Shown: positions 52,748 to 64,000 of the stretch, piece by piece | How the letters are laid out: each line of letters begins with the position of its first letter | Position numbering within the stretch: the stretch's first letter is position 1 | NCBI GenBank assembly: GCA_051294375.1 | Contig: CM119266.1 | Span: 6,713,431 to 6,777,430 of the forward strand | DNA from: Paraspadella gotoi | Taxonomy: Eukaryota; Animalia; Chaetognatha | Direction of reading: 5' to 3' | DNA: 64,000 bases | Translations under genes and position numbers: made by a program | The notes under the pieces: generated by a model | Databases searched by the model: none | What the model was told of the DNA's origin: nothing | Seen by the model: the letters and a program-made list of their open reading frames with translations, nothing else

Positions 52748-52986
52748 TTTGAAGAGTTGCAGGTCAAACGAAAAAGCCAATCCTTCTGATATTTTTTATG
52801 AATTCGAAAAAAATGTAATAGAGAGACATTTTTAAATTTCAACTTGTATCCTTAAAAATGAAACATTTTTCAACTTTAGACCTAAATTCTTCCTAACTGG
52901 AACGCGTTTATCAAAATGTGTCTCTATTACATTTGTATAAATGTTTTTAAGATTGCTAATCAGTCGTTTAGGCTGCAACTCTTCAA
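52748..52986. mobile_element. Inverted-repeat (MITE-like) element between the tubulin and HMIT 5' ends
   Basis: TTTGAAGAGTTGCAG...AAACGA...AAATGTAATAGAGAGACATTTT is mirrored by AAAATGTGTCTCTATTACATTT...TCGTTT...CTGCAACTCTTCAAA. The element may extend further left to ~52500. Confidence 0.65.
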
Positions 52987-53687
52987 ATTCATTGTCGCTC
53001 AAATTTCTTTACCAACTATTTAACTGAAGATTTTGTTCACGACTGGTAAACCAACAGAGTAACATGGAAAATTAATTGTTTAATTCTCCCCTTCTAAATT
53101 TCCTTTTACTGTGCTTCAATTTGTTACCTATTATTTTTTAACAACCAGATTGAAAAACAAATGTCTAAAAAAAGGGATTACAAATTCAACTTAAAAAATA
53201 TATTCAATTTAAAAAAAATATTTAAAACAGAATGTTTACATATAATTAAAATGATTTTTTTGGTGATTACTGATAACTACGATGTATTTCTTGATGTATT
53301 AGTTTTAATTTATCAAAGATTACACATTGTTCGGGTGAATTAACCTTCCTCTTAAGAGCTTAGTAGGGTGGACAACGGAAAACCTCGGCAGAGGCAGAAT
53401 GATCGGTAAAAGGATTTTCAAACTCGAAATATTTATGTTTTAAATTAAGTTAAATTAAACGCAATCATTTTATATCACGACAGTCGAGGTTTAAAAAAGG
53501 ATTCGGAAAACATCCAAATGCAATACTTGTAATCCATCACTCAACACGTAGTCATCACGTAAGTTCTATCTCGCTCTCAGTCTAACCGTTTTACATAAGT
53601 TTCAAGAAACTGGTTTAGAGTTACCGACGTGGCTCGAGCATAGCGAATTCACATCCGTCGAGGTTTTAAATATCCAATGAAATTGAG

Positions 53688-56600
53688 ATGGAAAGTAAAA
53701 AGAGAAATTTTAACAATATGATTTCGATCGACGAATCTAATGAGTATGTGCCTCTCTCAAAAAAATTAAACGATTATGACGACGACACAAACAACATGGA
53801 TGACGATGATGTTTATCATCAATCAACGTCGCTTAGCAACGAAGAATCCGCATTGCTTCCGCCGCCGTCAGGGGCAGCTAAAAATACTGAAACGTTGCAA
53901 CCAATTTTGAGAGGCTTAAACTTTGTTTACTTAATTTCTCTCTTCGCCGCTATTGGCGGTTTTCTCTTCGGTTACGGAACCAGTGTGGTTTCCGGCGCGA
54001 TGCTGCCGCTGAGGAGTGAGTGGAGGCTCTCCACAGTGTGGGTGGAAGGTGAGTGGATTGTGGGGATTGTGGTGAGTGGTCGTCCGAGATCGGCGGAGAA
54101 GGGGAAAAGGCATTAACCTGAAGTTTTATTGACGTATATCCTGACATCAGCAATAGTTCGGACTTTAATGTTTCCGGGTTCCAGGCCTGGTTAGTGGTTA
54201 TAATGGTCATTGGAAAATGGTGACGGCCGATTTAACAACCGGTAGAAAGCCTCCCGCGGGATCCGAAATTTTGGAAAGAGCAAGTGAAAAAATTTTTTAG
54301 ACATAATGGGCGTCTGGGCAGTGATCACGCTAAGTGTGTGGGCTAACATCAACGTCGGCAGGGAATTGGTCAGTGGTCAGTGGTCACTTCGGAGGACTTT
54401 AGAAAAATAAACCCACTGTTTTGGAAGGAGATGAGAAAATAGTAATAATGAAATAGTGACCAAAATTCTATCCCCAAAAAAAGGGATCGTAAGCGTCACG
54501 ATTGCCGGCGCCGCTCTCAGCTCTCTCCTCAGCGGCGTCCTCAACGATCACTTAGGACGGCGCCGGGTGATTCTCATTGGCAGCGCCGTCTTTGCCGTTG
54601 GCTCCGTCGTCCTTGGCGCTGCAAACGATAAAGCGGCGCTTCTCAGTGGAAGATTAATCGTCGGCGTCGGAATTGGAATTCTGTCGATGACGTCCCCGGT
54701 TTATATTTCTGAATTAGCGCCGGTGGAGGTGAGGAAGATTGCTTGATTGATCGATCGGTCAATCACTTGAATCTATCAATCAATCAAAGAATCAAACAAG
54801 TAATAGCGCTGTCAATCAATCTTTTAAGCGATAAAAAAAAATATGTTGAAAAGTATAGATTTATGGAAATTGCAAAATTACTTGTTTTAAAACTATTTTA
54901 AGTTTTTAAATTTTAAAATATCTATCTATCTAAATACAGTAAATGATTTTATTCTTTTTTTTTTCTTTTTTTTCATCGGCAATTTTTTCAATTATATAAA
55001 CCTAAATGTAGATTTATTTACGTATTGGTTTTCTGTTCCCTATTTTCCTCCCACAGGTTCGTGGTCAACTGATCACATTGAACAATGTCTTTCTGACTGG
55101 CGGTCAGTTCGTCGCCGGCGTCGTCAACGGTCTTTTTATCCCAACTCCCGAGGGATGGCGCTATATGTTCGGCGTGGCCGCCATTCCTGCCCTCGTGCAA
55201 TTCATTGCCTTTTTGTTTTTGCCAGAATCCCCCAGATGGCTCGTCATGCACGGTAAATACGTATTTGTATTCATACTTTAGGAACATAAATTCGAGCATT
55301 TTTTCAGGGCGGTTTTTTTAGTTTTAATTATGATAAACATTTTTAGAAATTATGCATCTTAATAAAGGTCAAGCGACAGAAGCAAAAAAAGTTCTGGAAA
55401 GACTTCGCGAAGCTAAGGATGACATCGACGAAGAAATGCAGGCGATCGAATTCGATCACAAGAAATTCTCATTGACTAAAGAAGATGGATGGATGATCGT
55501 GAAGGTTTAAATACCTAATTATTTTCTTACAATTTGTTATGCTTACTTATTTTGAATCACGATTCACAATACGACTGAGTTGAAAACTTTGATAAAGTAG
55601 CTTTTTGAAGTAGTGTGGTGGTATATTCACACCACCTCACGTCCACCATCCTTCAGCCAAATCCATAGGCTCAGTGGGGGAACACACCATCCCAGACGTA
55701 GTGTTCCATCCACAGTCCTAATGACTTTCCTCTGCGTTGGCAAAGCGAGACCGTCCTAGGGTAACCGCGCCAGTGACTGGAGGCGTCACTGAGGGTCGGA
55801 ATCCCCCAAAGCGAACAGTGAGATGCCCCATCCCAATGGGCATCACAGGCAACCCGGCTGTTGCCATAGTTGTTTAAATAACTTGACTCAAGCTCTTCTC
55901 CTATTTTCCATATCAGTATCTTGTTTTAGTACCTTTAGTCTTAATGACTTTTATATTTACTCTTTTGTAATTTACTTATGGGTTTTAAGAATAGCATTAA
56001 AAAGCATAATGTACACATCCACGTTACTTATTTCCCTTGGGTGATATCAAATATTTATTAGAACTATATTAATCTATACTTATTGCAATTAGATGTGGCG
56101 TCATCTTCCCGTTCGTAGGGCTCTCATTCTGGGTTGCGCTCTAACGATGTTCCAACAAATGGTCGGCATAAATACCATTATGTATTACTCAGGTACTATT
56201 AAAATTTACTGTTTTACATTTTAATAGAACCAATACAAAAATTATCCATTAACTTATTAAATAAGCTAACTTGCTCCTAACTTTACATGAATTGTTTTAA
56301 ATGTTTTTACTATAAACTGTTACTCAAGTATTAGTTCATGGAATACTCGTACTCCAAACAATTATCAGATCAGAATACAATGAGCGACTGTTATGATACT
56401 CATCATTTCTGTTTTGTTTCCTCACAGCCACCGTGATCAGAATGTCGGGAGTGACTTCGGATTACGCTGCAGTCTGGTTATCAGCACTTGTCGCATTTAT
56501 CAACTTTGCCTTCACTTTCGTTGGCCTAAGTTTGGTCGAGAGGGTTGGGCGAAGGATACTGACCTTGGTCTCTATCGCGGGTGAGTAAACGGGAATTCTA

Positions 56601-59600
56601 TTTATAAACATGCTGATGATAAACTGTATTTCTTTAAAAAAAAAAATAGTAAAAATATGAAAAAGAGAAACTTACAAGGGTTTTTAATAACGTTTTTTTT
56701 TCCTTATTATTACAAACGGTATAAAGTGCGCATATGATTCACTTTTAGTTATACAATATATATACATGTCTTATACTTTAAATTAAAAAAATAATCATTT
56801 TCTCCAGGCGTAACTGCGAGTTTAGCTTTTCTCGCATTCAGTTTTCACCTGACATCTTTAGATTCGCCGCTCATAACATCTCATTTTCTGAGCTCTCAGT
56901 CCTCAGCCCTTGGCTCTCAATTTTCAGCCGTTGGCTCTCAGTCCTCAGCCCTTAGCTCGAAGCCCTTAGCCCTCAGTCTCAAAACATCAAATGCGTTAGC
57001 TTGTGATGCGGCTGTCACCTGCGAAATGTGCATTCGAGGTGGAAGGTGCGGATTCTGTTATCAGAACATTGATAATCAAATCGGTAATTCATCATGACGG
57101 TAAAGAAAGACATATATATATACAATATACGTACAATATACAATATACATATATACTGAAATTCTAACTGTATATATAGTTTATACCACCAAACAAAACT
57201 TCCTTTTGATTATTTTTCACGGTTATAATAAATGGCTACACTGCGGCGCAAAAAAAGTAGCCACTTTTTTCACAGCAAAAAACTATATTGGATGGATATA
57301 ATTACAAAGACATAGAAATATAAAACAAAGCTTATTGAAAGATAAAGCAATTGGTCCAGCTCCCATTAAAAATTAAAAAGTTGTAGGACGTCAAAGTTGA
57401 TTGGTACAAAACATATGACAAAAATAAATTAATTTTAATCAAAAAAAGTTTTTGACTTTTTTTATTATAATATCAAGCTTGCCTACTTCCTTTGTTGATA
57501 TATTTATAATATAAAAGTAGCTGAACAAATTCACATCAAATATCTGTAAGGATAGGTATCAACAATTTTTAAACTAAATCAAATTAAAGTAAATAGGGAA
57601 ACTATATAAAAAAATAATATTTTAAAAATAAAAAAAATAACAGTTAAGTGCTAACTTACCCAAAGTTACTTTCAAGGTTATTTCATATTGAAGTTATTTT
57701 TTATAACATTTCGTGTTAAAGCAGACTAATATAAACTCTCACAATTATTTTATTTTTATCATAAAATTATTTTTTGATTTTGAGATAATTTAAAAAAAAA
57801 TTGCTTTCAATATTTATTATTAAAATTCTAAATTTGGCAGCAATTAAAAAATATTTTTATAGAAAAGTAATACAAATTTATTGCCAACCCTTTTATATGT
57901 TTAATTCTATTATGATTTTGATAATTCTACATTATAAACATCAGTCAGAAAAAAAACTGTTGTAGCAGCAAGGTTTAAAGCTGCCTTACTGCTGTCCGTC
58001 TTCAGCCTCGTCTCAATGGCTGAACAGGCTAAATCATCTCGGGTATCACAAATATTTTTCCCATTGCCATAATATCATCAATACTAACTTTTGAAAATCA
58101 TTTTTTCCCAATTCCATTTTGAGACTGCCTGAACCAATTCAAATTTTTCTTGAACCAATTGATAGCTCTTTAAAAGAGCTATACTTTTCATATATATTTT
58201 TTCAAAATTAAAAAAAAGAATAGTGGTGTATTTAAAGCTACCTCGTGGCTACTTTTTTTTACGCAGCAGTGTAAATCTAAGCGAAAAAATTTATAACATT
58301 AAAATGGAAAAAAAGTTTCATGAGACTATAAACAATTAACCATGTAAGATAACATAATACTTTGTGTATAGTCAATAAGGTGTAGTAAATTTTGTAAATT
58401 TAACTTTAATTAAAAATTCTAAAAGTGAGGAACGAACAACATTATATTAATGAACATTTATGTAATAAAAAAATTTATAATAAATTTTACAATTTATGCA
58501 GTAGGCCATATTTATACTAGTACTAAACCAATAAATGTTAAAATTTCAAAACAGTTTTTTGTAAGATTTTTTTGCAGATTTGGATTCGTCATAAAAGTTG
58601 ATAAGAAGAATATAACTCTTTTTGAAAAATTCCTTCATTAAGTGGGTCAAAAATGAGAAAAAGCATATTTTAAGCTGAAAATTAACTTTTTCCATATTAA
58701 ATATAGTTTTTTTTAATTTTTAACCCACTTAATGAAAGAATTTTTAAAAATGACTTATATTTTCTTTTATCAACTTTTTACGAGGAATTCAAATCTGCAA
58801 TCAAAATTAAGAAAAGCCTATTTTGAAATTTTTCGATTTTATAAGGTTAGTACAATATATAAATATAGCCTACTGCGAAAATTAAAAAACATAAAAATTA
58901 ATTTTTTACAAATTAATGTTCACTGATGGTATGTTGTTCATAATTGACTTTTAGAATTTTCGTATGTAACTTTCACTACGCCTTAATAGTCAACGGATCT
59001 TGTCTTCTGGTCGATGAATTAACTTTGCCAGCGTCACCCTATTTCTGTAACACGACTTTACTTAAAAATTCGAAAGAATCAGTTCAAATCTGGGTTTTTG
59101 GTTATTGTCCGTCTGCTTATGCTTGGATATCAACTGGTAATAGGTAGTTGAAAAAGAAAGAAAAAGAGGAAAAAAATATTAAAAGTTCATCTAATTATTT
59201 TCTCCAGTTGCGATGGTGATTTACCTGATTTTCTTCGCTCCCGGAATGGGGCCAATGGCTTGGACTATCAACGCAGAGATCTACCCCAATTGGGCCAGAT
59301 CTACGGGCTACGCGCTTGGCAAGAATTTGAAATCTAGGTTTAATTAAAATATTTAAGTACATTAATATTTGCCATATCTCTCCAGCTACATCAACCAAGT
59401 GGATGTTTAACCTCATCAAACTATGACTTTTCTGACTTTGATGGAAATTTTGACTCCATCGGGAGCTTTCTGGCTCTACACCTCTTTGGAGTTCTGGGAT
59501 TTCTTTTTCTTTTTCTGACATTACCAGGTTCATCCCTTGATTTGAAAGGAGCTAACATAATTAGTTAATAGTTATTCGTTAATATTTTAATCTTAATTTA

Positions 59601-59703
59601 TCCAGAAACACGAAATCAAAGTTTGGAAGAAATTGAAAAACTTTTCAGCTCTGGATTGCTGAGAACAACAAAAAGTTCCGCAGAAAAAAAATCTGGATTA
59701 TGA
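53688..59703 (+). CDS. SLC2A13: Proton myo-inositol cotransporter (HMIT/SLC2A13)-like sugar porter, copy 1; TM1 Asp lost, two frameshifts in the penultimate exon (error or incipient pseudogene)
   Basis: Exons 53688-54048, 54484-54728 ([10 protein letters not shown]), 55057-55252 (GWRYMFG...LPESPRWL), 55368-55504, 56093-56192 ([14 protein letters not shown]), 56428-56580 (VERVGRR), 56808-57083 and 58990-59136 (Cys-rich loop CEMC...CGFCY...NGSC...YCPS), 59208-59318 ([26 protein letters not shown]), 59386-59527, and 59606-59703 ([15 protein letters not shown]). Confidence 0.9.
54150..54390 (+). mobile_element. Diverged SINE copy related to 769-1015 (HMIT copy 1 intron 1)
   Basis: TGACGGCCGATTTAACAACCGGTAGAAAGCCTCCCGCGGGATCCGAAATTTTGGAAAG aligns by eye to 858-916. 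Confidence 0.6.
55665..55880 (+). mobile_element. SINE-like element sharing its head with the 42348-42560 copy
   Basis: GGCTCAGTGG...CACCATCCCA and GGGTAACC motifs are shared with the TRPM-intron SINE. The B box is decayed. Confidence 0.5.
57239..58271. mobile_element. Non-autonomous Tc1/mariner-type DNA transposon (MITE) in HMIT copy 1 intron 7
   Basis: TIRs CACTGCGGCGCAAAAAAAGTAGCCAC and GTGGCTACTTTTTTTTACGCAGCAGTG are flanked by TA on both sides (57237-38 and 58272-73). The interior is AT-rich with no ORF. Confidence 0.85.
58380..58980. mobile_element. Fold-back (palindromic MITE-like) element
   Basis: Nested imperfect inverted matches centred near 58690: GCAGTAGGCCATATTTATA (58498) with TATAAATATAGCCTACTGC (~58876); TTGCAGATTTG...AAAAGTTGATAA...TTCATTAAGTGGGT with ACCCACTTAATGAA...TTATCAACTTTT...CAAATCTGCAA. 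Confidence 0.75.
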
Positions 59704-60191
59704 GATGAAATAGAGACGCAGAGACATGACGCTTAATTTGCTTCTCACCCGACCATCAACCTGGAGCCTGGGAAGGAACACGAGGCCACGCGGTGCAGAG
59801 AGAGGAAGGAGAAGACACGCCCAAACGCCGGAGGCGGGAGAGCAGCAGGAGGACAGCAGGAGCGGCGAAGCTGCAGGAGGAGAGAGAGAGAGGATCAATG
59901 AACTTCCCCATGACTTACCCATGAACTCACCCGACCAATGAGAGCCGGAGGAAAGGTCGGGGGAGCCAATGAACTTTAGAATAAGTGAAAAAGAAAATTG
60001 TGAATGAGAATTCGATTTCCTTTGTGTAGAAGACTTAGCGTTCTTTGAATTTCTCTCTTGTTCTCACCGTTCCAGGATCAACGTCTTGTTTTGTCTCTGA
60101 CATTTTATTGTGAAAATACATTTAATATTATTTGACCACATTTGACATCACGTTATTGTGGTTCTTTCTTCATGAGTGTCAACCGCCCACA
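59701..60191 (+). mobile_element. Possible solo LTR directly after the HMIT copy 1 stop
   Basis: A ~490-bp block that can be bounded TG...CA, with a GC-rich 5' half, two CCAAT boxes (59935, 59966), a TATA-like TAGAATAA and a T-rich 3' half. I found no target-site duplication. Confidence 0.3.
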
Positions 60192-60659
60192 AGAAGGGCA
60201 ATAGGGTAAGGAAAAGAATAAATTATAGTAGCGTTATGTTACCTTACGAATTTACATAATGAGCATTAACAATAGATTTTAACATATTTAAAACAACATT
60301 TTATTATGCTACTATTTATTTTTGATTTTTTTTACTTTACCTAAAAAATACATAAAAAATTATGGAGTAAAACATTTTTTATTGGTAATCAAAATATAAT
60401 TCAGTCTTTCCTTTTTCCAAATCTGAAAAAAAAACAAAAAAATTCATATGCCTTCATTGAAATTTTCAACTCCAAAAACTGTTACACTTCTAACTAGGTT
60501 TTAAACAAATTCTATCTAAACATTTTTGGATAAAATTTGATAACTATTTTAGAAAGGTGTCCCATGATTTGGGCTTTAATTTGATACCACACCCACCTTT
60601 CTATCTCTTTTTTTTTCAAAAGTTACGCTGAAGTGTACTATCCGCAACTTCTTTAACCC

Positions 60660-60833
60660 CCTCTTGCAGCCATGGACGGGGTCTTGGCGTTGGAACCAGG
60701 CTTAAGGGTTTTCCAAGCCCCCAAGAGGGCTTACGGCCGTCCTCACGCTTCCCGCAGGGTAGGTACCGAGTTGGGATTGAACCCGGTACTTAATGGTCAT
60801 AAGCTGATGGCTTTACTCAATGAGCTACCGGGT
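60660..60833 (-). mobile_element. tRNA-derived SINE / tRNA pseudogene
   Basis: Minus strand CCCGGTAGCTCATTGAGTAAAGC...CCGGGTTCAATCCC gives A and B boxes. The T-stem and anticodon stem are broken, and a GC-rich tail follows. Confidence 0.62.
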
Positions 60834-61734
60834 ATTATGCTTATAGGCAGGGTGAACTTATGCAATGCCCGACTACAATGCAAAGCATAACTTTTTTTAC
60901 TTTTGGAGAACTAAGGATTTGAACTACTGATGGAGACGGAATACAAATCAGTACAAATCTTTGTTAAATAAAAATTTCAGCAAAGCGGGAGTGTCTCAAT
61001 TTATCCTATTGTACATTACCTAAATTTCAAAATAAAACCTAAAGAACAATTTTTTATCATCTAGAGACATACCATTTTCAGTTGTCACCATTATCTTACT
61101 CATTTATGGCTTATAGTTTAAGAAATCAGAGAAACGAGGTATCTAGTCCAAATTTCGACTTTTACACTGAATATTACTGTATCATTCAAGCCGAATCATA
61201 TTTTGGATGTATTTGTCCAGAATAACAGTCAGGAAGGGATGGCTTGTTAGTACAAATGGTCAGACAAAGTAAATTCAATGACCGATAATTTTTTTTCGCG
61301 TAAATGAAATTTATTTTTATTTTTCTTTGCGTCATACTCTGGCTAAATATTTTTTAGATATCAATAACAATACCTTTATTTATTCAGTAGCAAAAGCTGT
61401 CTTTTGTTCTTTGCCATTCTTGTCACAAATTTATTATTGTTTTCTTCTTTATTCTTTTTTAAGGCTGATATTTTTTATAATGTAAAATTTATATAACCGT
61501 GCTCTATAGTAATTTATGGCCTTTTGATTTCATTAAAATTGGTTAAAAGCCAGCTCTGTAAATTGTGCATTAAAATTAAATGTCGCTGATCAAACATGAT
61601 ACATAACTTTCTTTTCTTTGCATTATTTTTAGTTTTCTTTATTTTTCAATGAGAGATTTTCAGCTCAGTATGTGGTTCATGAACTCTGCGATGATGTAAC
61701 CCAGAAAATTCTTTATGTCTAAGTTTTAATCGCG

Positions 61735-61940
61735 ATTTATCAAGGCTGAAGAGAAAACGACCTCAGGTGGCGATATCCCCAAAAAAGCCTGGGAACCAGT
61801 TTTGTGTCCTCCGCCACAGCTGTAGCAGCAGCAGCGGCTGCAGGTTCTGTCAATGAAGCAGCTGCTGTCGTTTTTGTCAGCAAAACTGAGTCTTCATCAA
61901 GTTGATCGAAATGCCTCTTGTCGCTTTGCTGAATGACCAT
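61735..61940 (-). pseudogene. Possible degenerate inverted relic of an HMIT first exon
   Basis: The minus strand gives MVIQQSDKRHFDQLDEDSVLL (compare EESALL and DEDSPLL in copies 1 and 2). After a frameshift it reads ATC GCC ACC TGA GGT CGT TTT CTC TTC AGC CTT GAT (IAT*GRFLFSLD), versus [12 protein letters not shown]. Confidence 0.4.
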
Positions 61941-62459
61941 TGGTCATATTAGAGGAGTTTATTGCACGTAGCGATCTCTAGTTAAGTTACTATCTTGACT
62001 TTGAGTTTTTTTCCAAACTACAATTTCTTGCGATGACAACAGAAAAACTAACCATCAAAAATCTACGACTAATTGAATAATTAACCCGTATTTAAAGTTT
62101 GTTTTTGAAAGAGGGTTTTTGAAAACGGAGATAAAGCGCCAAAAAACTGATTATTGTGAAATTAAAAATGAGAGAAATAAAATTGTTTTTATTCCTGTTG
62201 CCCTCAGTCATAATTTTGAACGTTTTTTTCTTCCGCAGTTAAATCATATTTTATTTTCAGCTTTTACTGATAAAGTTAATAGCAAGTAGAACATAAATTT
62301 ACCAAAGATGAAACGGCAAAATTGAAAAAAAAGGTGAAACTTATGCCGATCAAAATTTGTCATTCATAACAATTTTTACCCAAATGAAGAGGATTCTGAC
62401 CACAATCATGAAATGAATCAAAGCAGCCACAAATAACACTCCGGTGCTAAAGATCGAAA

Positions 62460-63197
62460 ATGAACAACAAAAACCTCAAAAAAAAGTTTTTTGCGACGAA
62501 AATGAACGAAAAAGAATCACGAACTTTGACGCCTCCGATTATGAGGGAGATAAGAGACGACGACGACGACGACGACGAAACCGACGACGAAATGCCTCCT
62601 CCCTGCGACGAAGATTCGCCGCTGTTGCCCCCGCCGGCGACGCCGATAAAAACAAACAAACTTTTAAAAATGAACCCAAACTTAAACAGGAACGTAAACA
62701 ACTCATCGATGGACGATCAAACGACGACGATGACGACGACGACGACGACGACAAAGGGAAAGGCGTTCGTTTACATCCTCGCCTTCTTCGCCGCCATCGG
62801 AGGCTTTCTCTTCGGCTACGACACTGGAGTCGTGTCCGGAGCGATGCTCCCTCTCAGGAAAGAGTTCGTTCTCTCGCCGGTTTGGGTGGAAGGTGAGATG
62901 CTGCGTGGGTGACGCTTTGTGGGCTACGCTCTGTGGGTGAGAGGCTGTGGGTTTGGGGAAAAAGTAAGGTTGGATGGGGGTAAGGCAAGTTTTGGTTAAT
63001 TCAGGGTCAATTGAAATGCATCTGCTTGCATATGTGAGCGGGGGAGCAGCTTGAAAGTGGACTCACAATTTTACAGGTTGGGGTTTATTCTTTCTTATGA
63101 ATTTGGTTTATACCTATCTAATTATGTATCTAGCTATCTATCTAGCTATAATTTTATTATCTTGGATGGATGGATGGATGGGCGAGGCCTGTTAAGA

Positions 63198-63257
<60 letters not shown>

Positions 63258-64000
63258 ATATCTATCTAATCTAGCTAATCTATCTGTCTGTCTGTCTAAC
63301 TCTGATAGATCTTCCCCACTGATGATGTAATGACTCTTTCCAATCAGTCATTGTCAGCGCCACCATCGCCGGCGCCGCGGTGAGCGCCCTCTTGAGCGGC
63401 GTCATCAACGATCTCTTCGGGCGGCGCCCCGTCATCCTTATCGCCAGCGTCGTCTTTGGCGCCGGCGCCATCGTTCTCGGCGTCGCGAGGGACAAAGCGG
63501 CGCTGCTCGGCGGGCGGATCATCCTCGGCGTCGGAATAGGCCTGATGTCGATGACGACGCCGATGTACATCGCGGAAGTGGCGTCCCCGGATGTAAGGAA
63601 ATCCATTTTATCTTATTTAAAAATAAAATCTAAATATGAACTTGTTAGAATCAGAATTAAAGACAGATCTAAATCAAATCAAAATTTAATCAAATATCAA
63701 ATAAAAAATAAAATTAATTCTACTAAATAGTCTTAAGTATAACGAAGTCGTATAAATCAAATTTAATTCTAATCCAAGTTTACTCTAAATTAAATCTAAA
63801 GTAAATGTTAATCAAGTTAGGAATAAATTCAAGTAAAATTAAATCTCTAGCGAATCAAAGTATAATCTAAACCTGATTTTGATTAAATCTAAATTTAATC
63901 AGAAATTAAATAAAAATTCGACCCAATTTCCCCAGATTCGCGGTCGCCTCATCACTTTGAACAACGTCTTCATCACCGGCGGCCAATTCGTCGCCTCCGT
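62460..64000 (+). CDS. SLC2A13: HMIT/SLC2A13-like sugar porter, copy 2 (5' part; runs off the window)
   Basis: Exons 62460(or 62502)-62892 ([21 protein letters not shown]), 63348-63592 ([10 protein letters not shown]...[10 protein letters not shown]...[10 protein letters not shown]) and 63936-end ([18 protein letters not shown]). Intron positions are the same as in copy 1. Confidence 0.93.

Noticed and set aside
60760-60835. Functional tRNA gene (TAT anticodon-like loop)
   Set aside because: The T-stem and anticodon stem do not pair, so I treated it as a SINE head or pseudogene.

Overview
This is intron-rich animal (invertebrate-like) genomic DNA with GC/CpG-rich exons and AT-rich introns full of mini- and microsatellites; I cannot name the species. 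Six protein-coding loci can be reconstructed by hand-splicing. (1) A PITPNM/rdgB gene (+, 4465-~30720) with PITP, FFAT, DDHD and LNS2 regions. It is interrupted by a ~10-kb inverted copy of its own 3' exons, extra stuttered copies and two 25-N gaps, most probably a fold-back/chimeric long-read assembly artefact. (2) A myosin-XV-type MyTH4-FERM tail gene with no visible motor exons (+, 35196-40114). (3) A divergent TRPM-family channel (-, 46919-40535). (4) A 12-exon alpha-tubulin that ends in EEE with no Tyr (-, 52082-48606). (5, 6) Two tandem SLC2A13/HMIT-like transporters (+, 53688-59703 and 62460 to the window end); the first lacks the proton-coupling Asp and has two frameshifts. A possible third, inverted HMIT exon-1 relic lies between them. 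Non-coding elements include a minimal hammerhead-ribozyme motif inside an inverted repeat in TRPM intron 1, tRNA-derived SINEs, DINE-1/HINE-like elements, a Tc1/mariner-type MITE and fold-back elements. All assignments come from reading the sequence and recalling family motifs; no searches were run. Single-base indels are common, so frameshifts may be sequencing errors.
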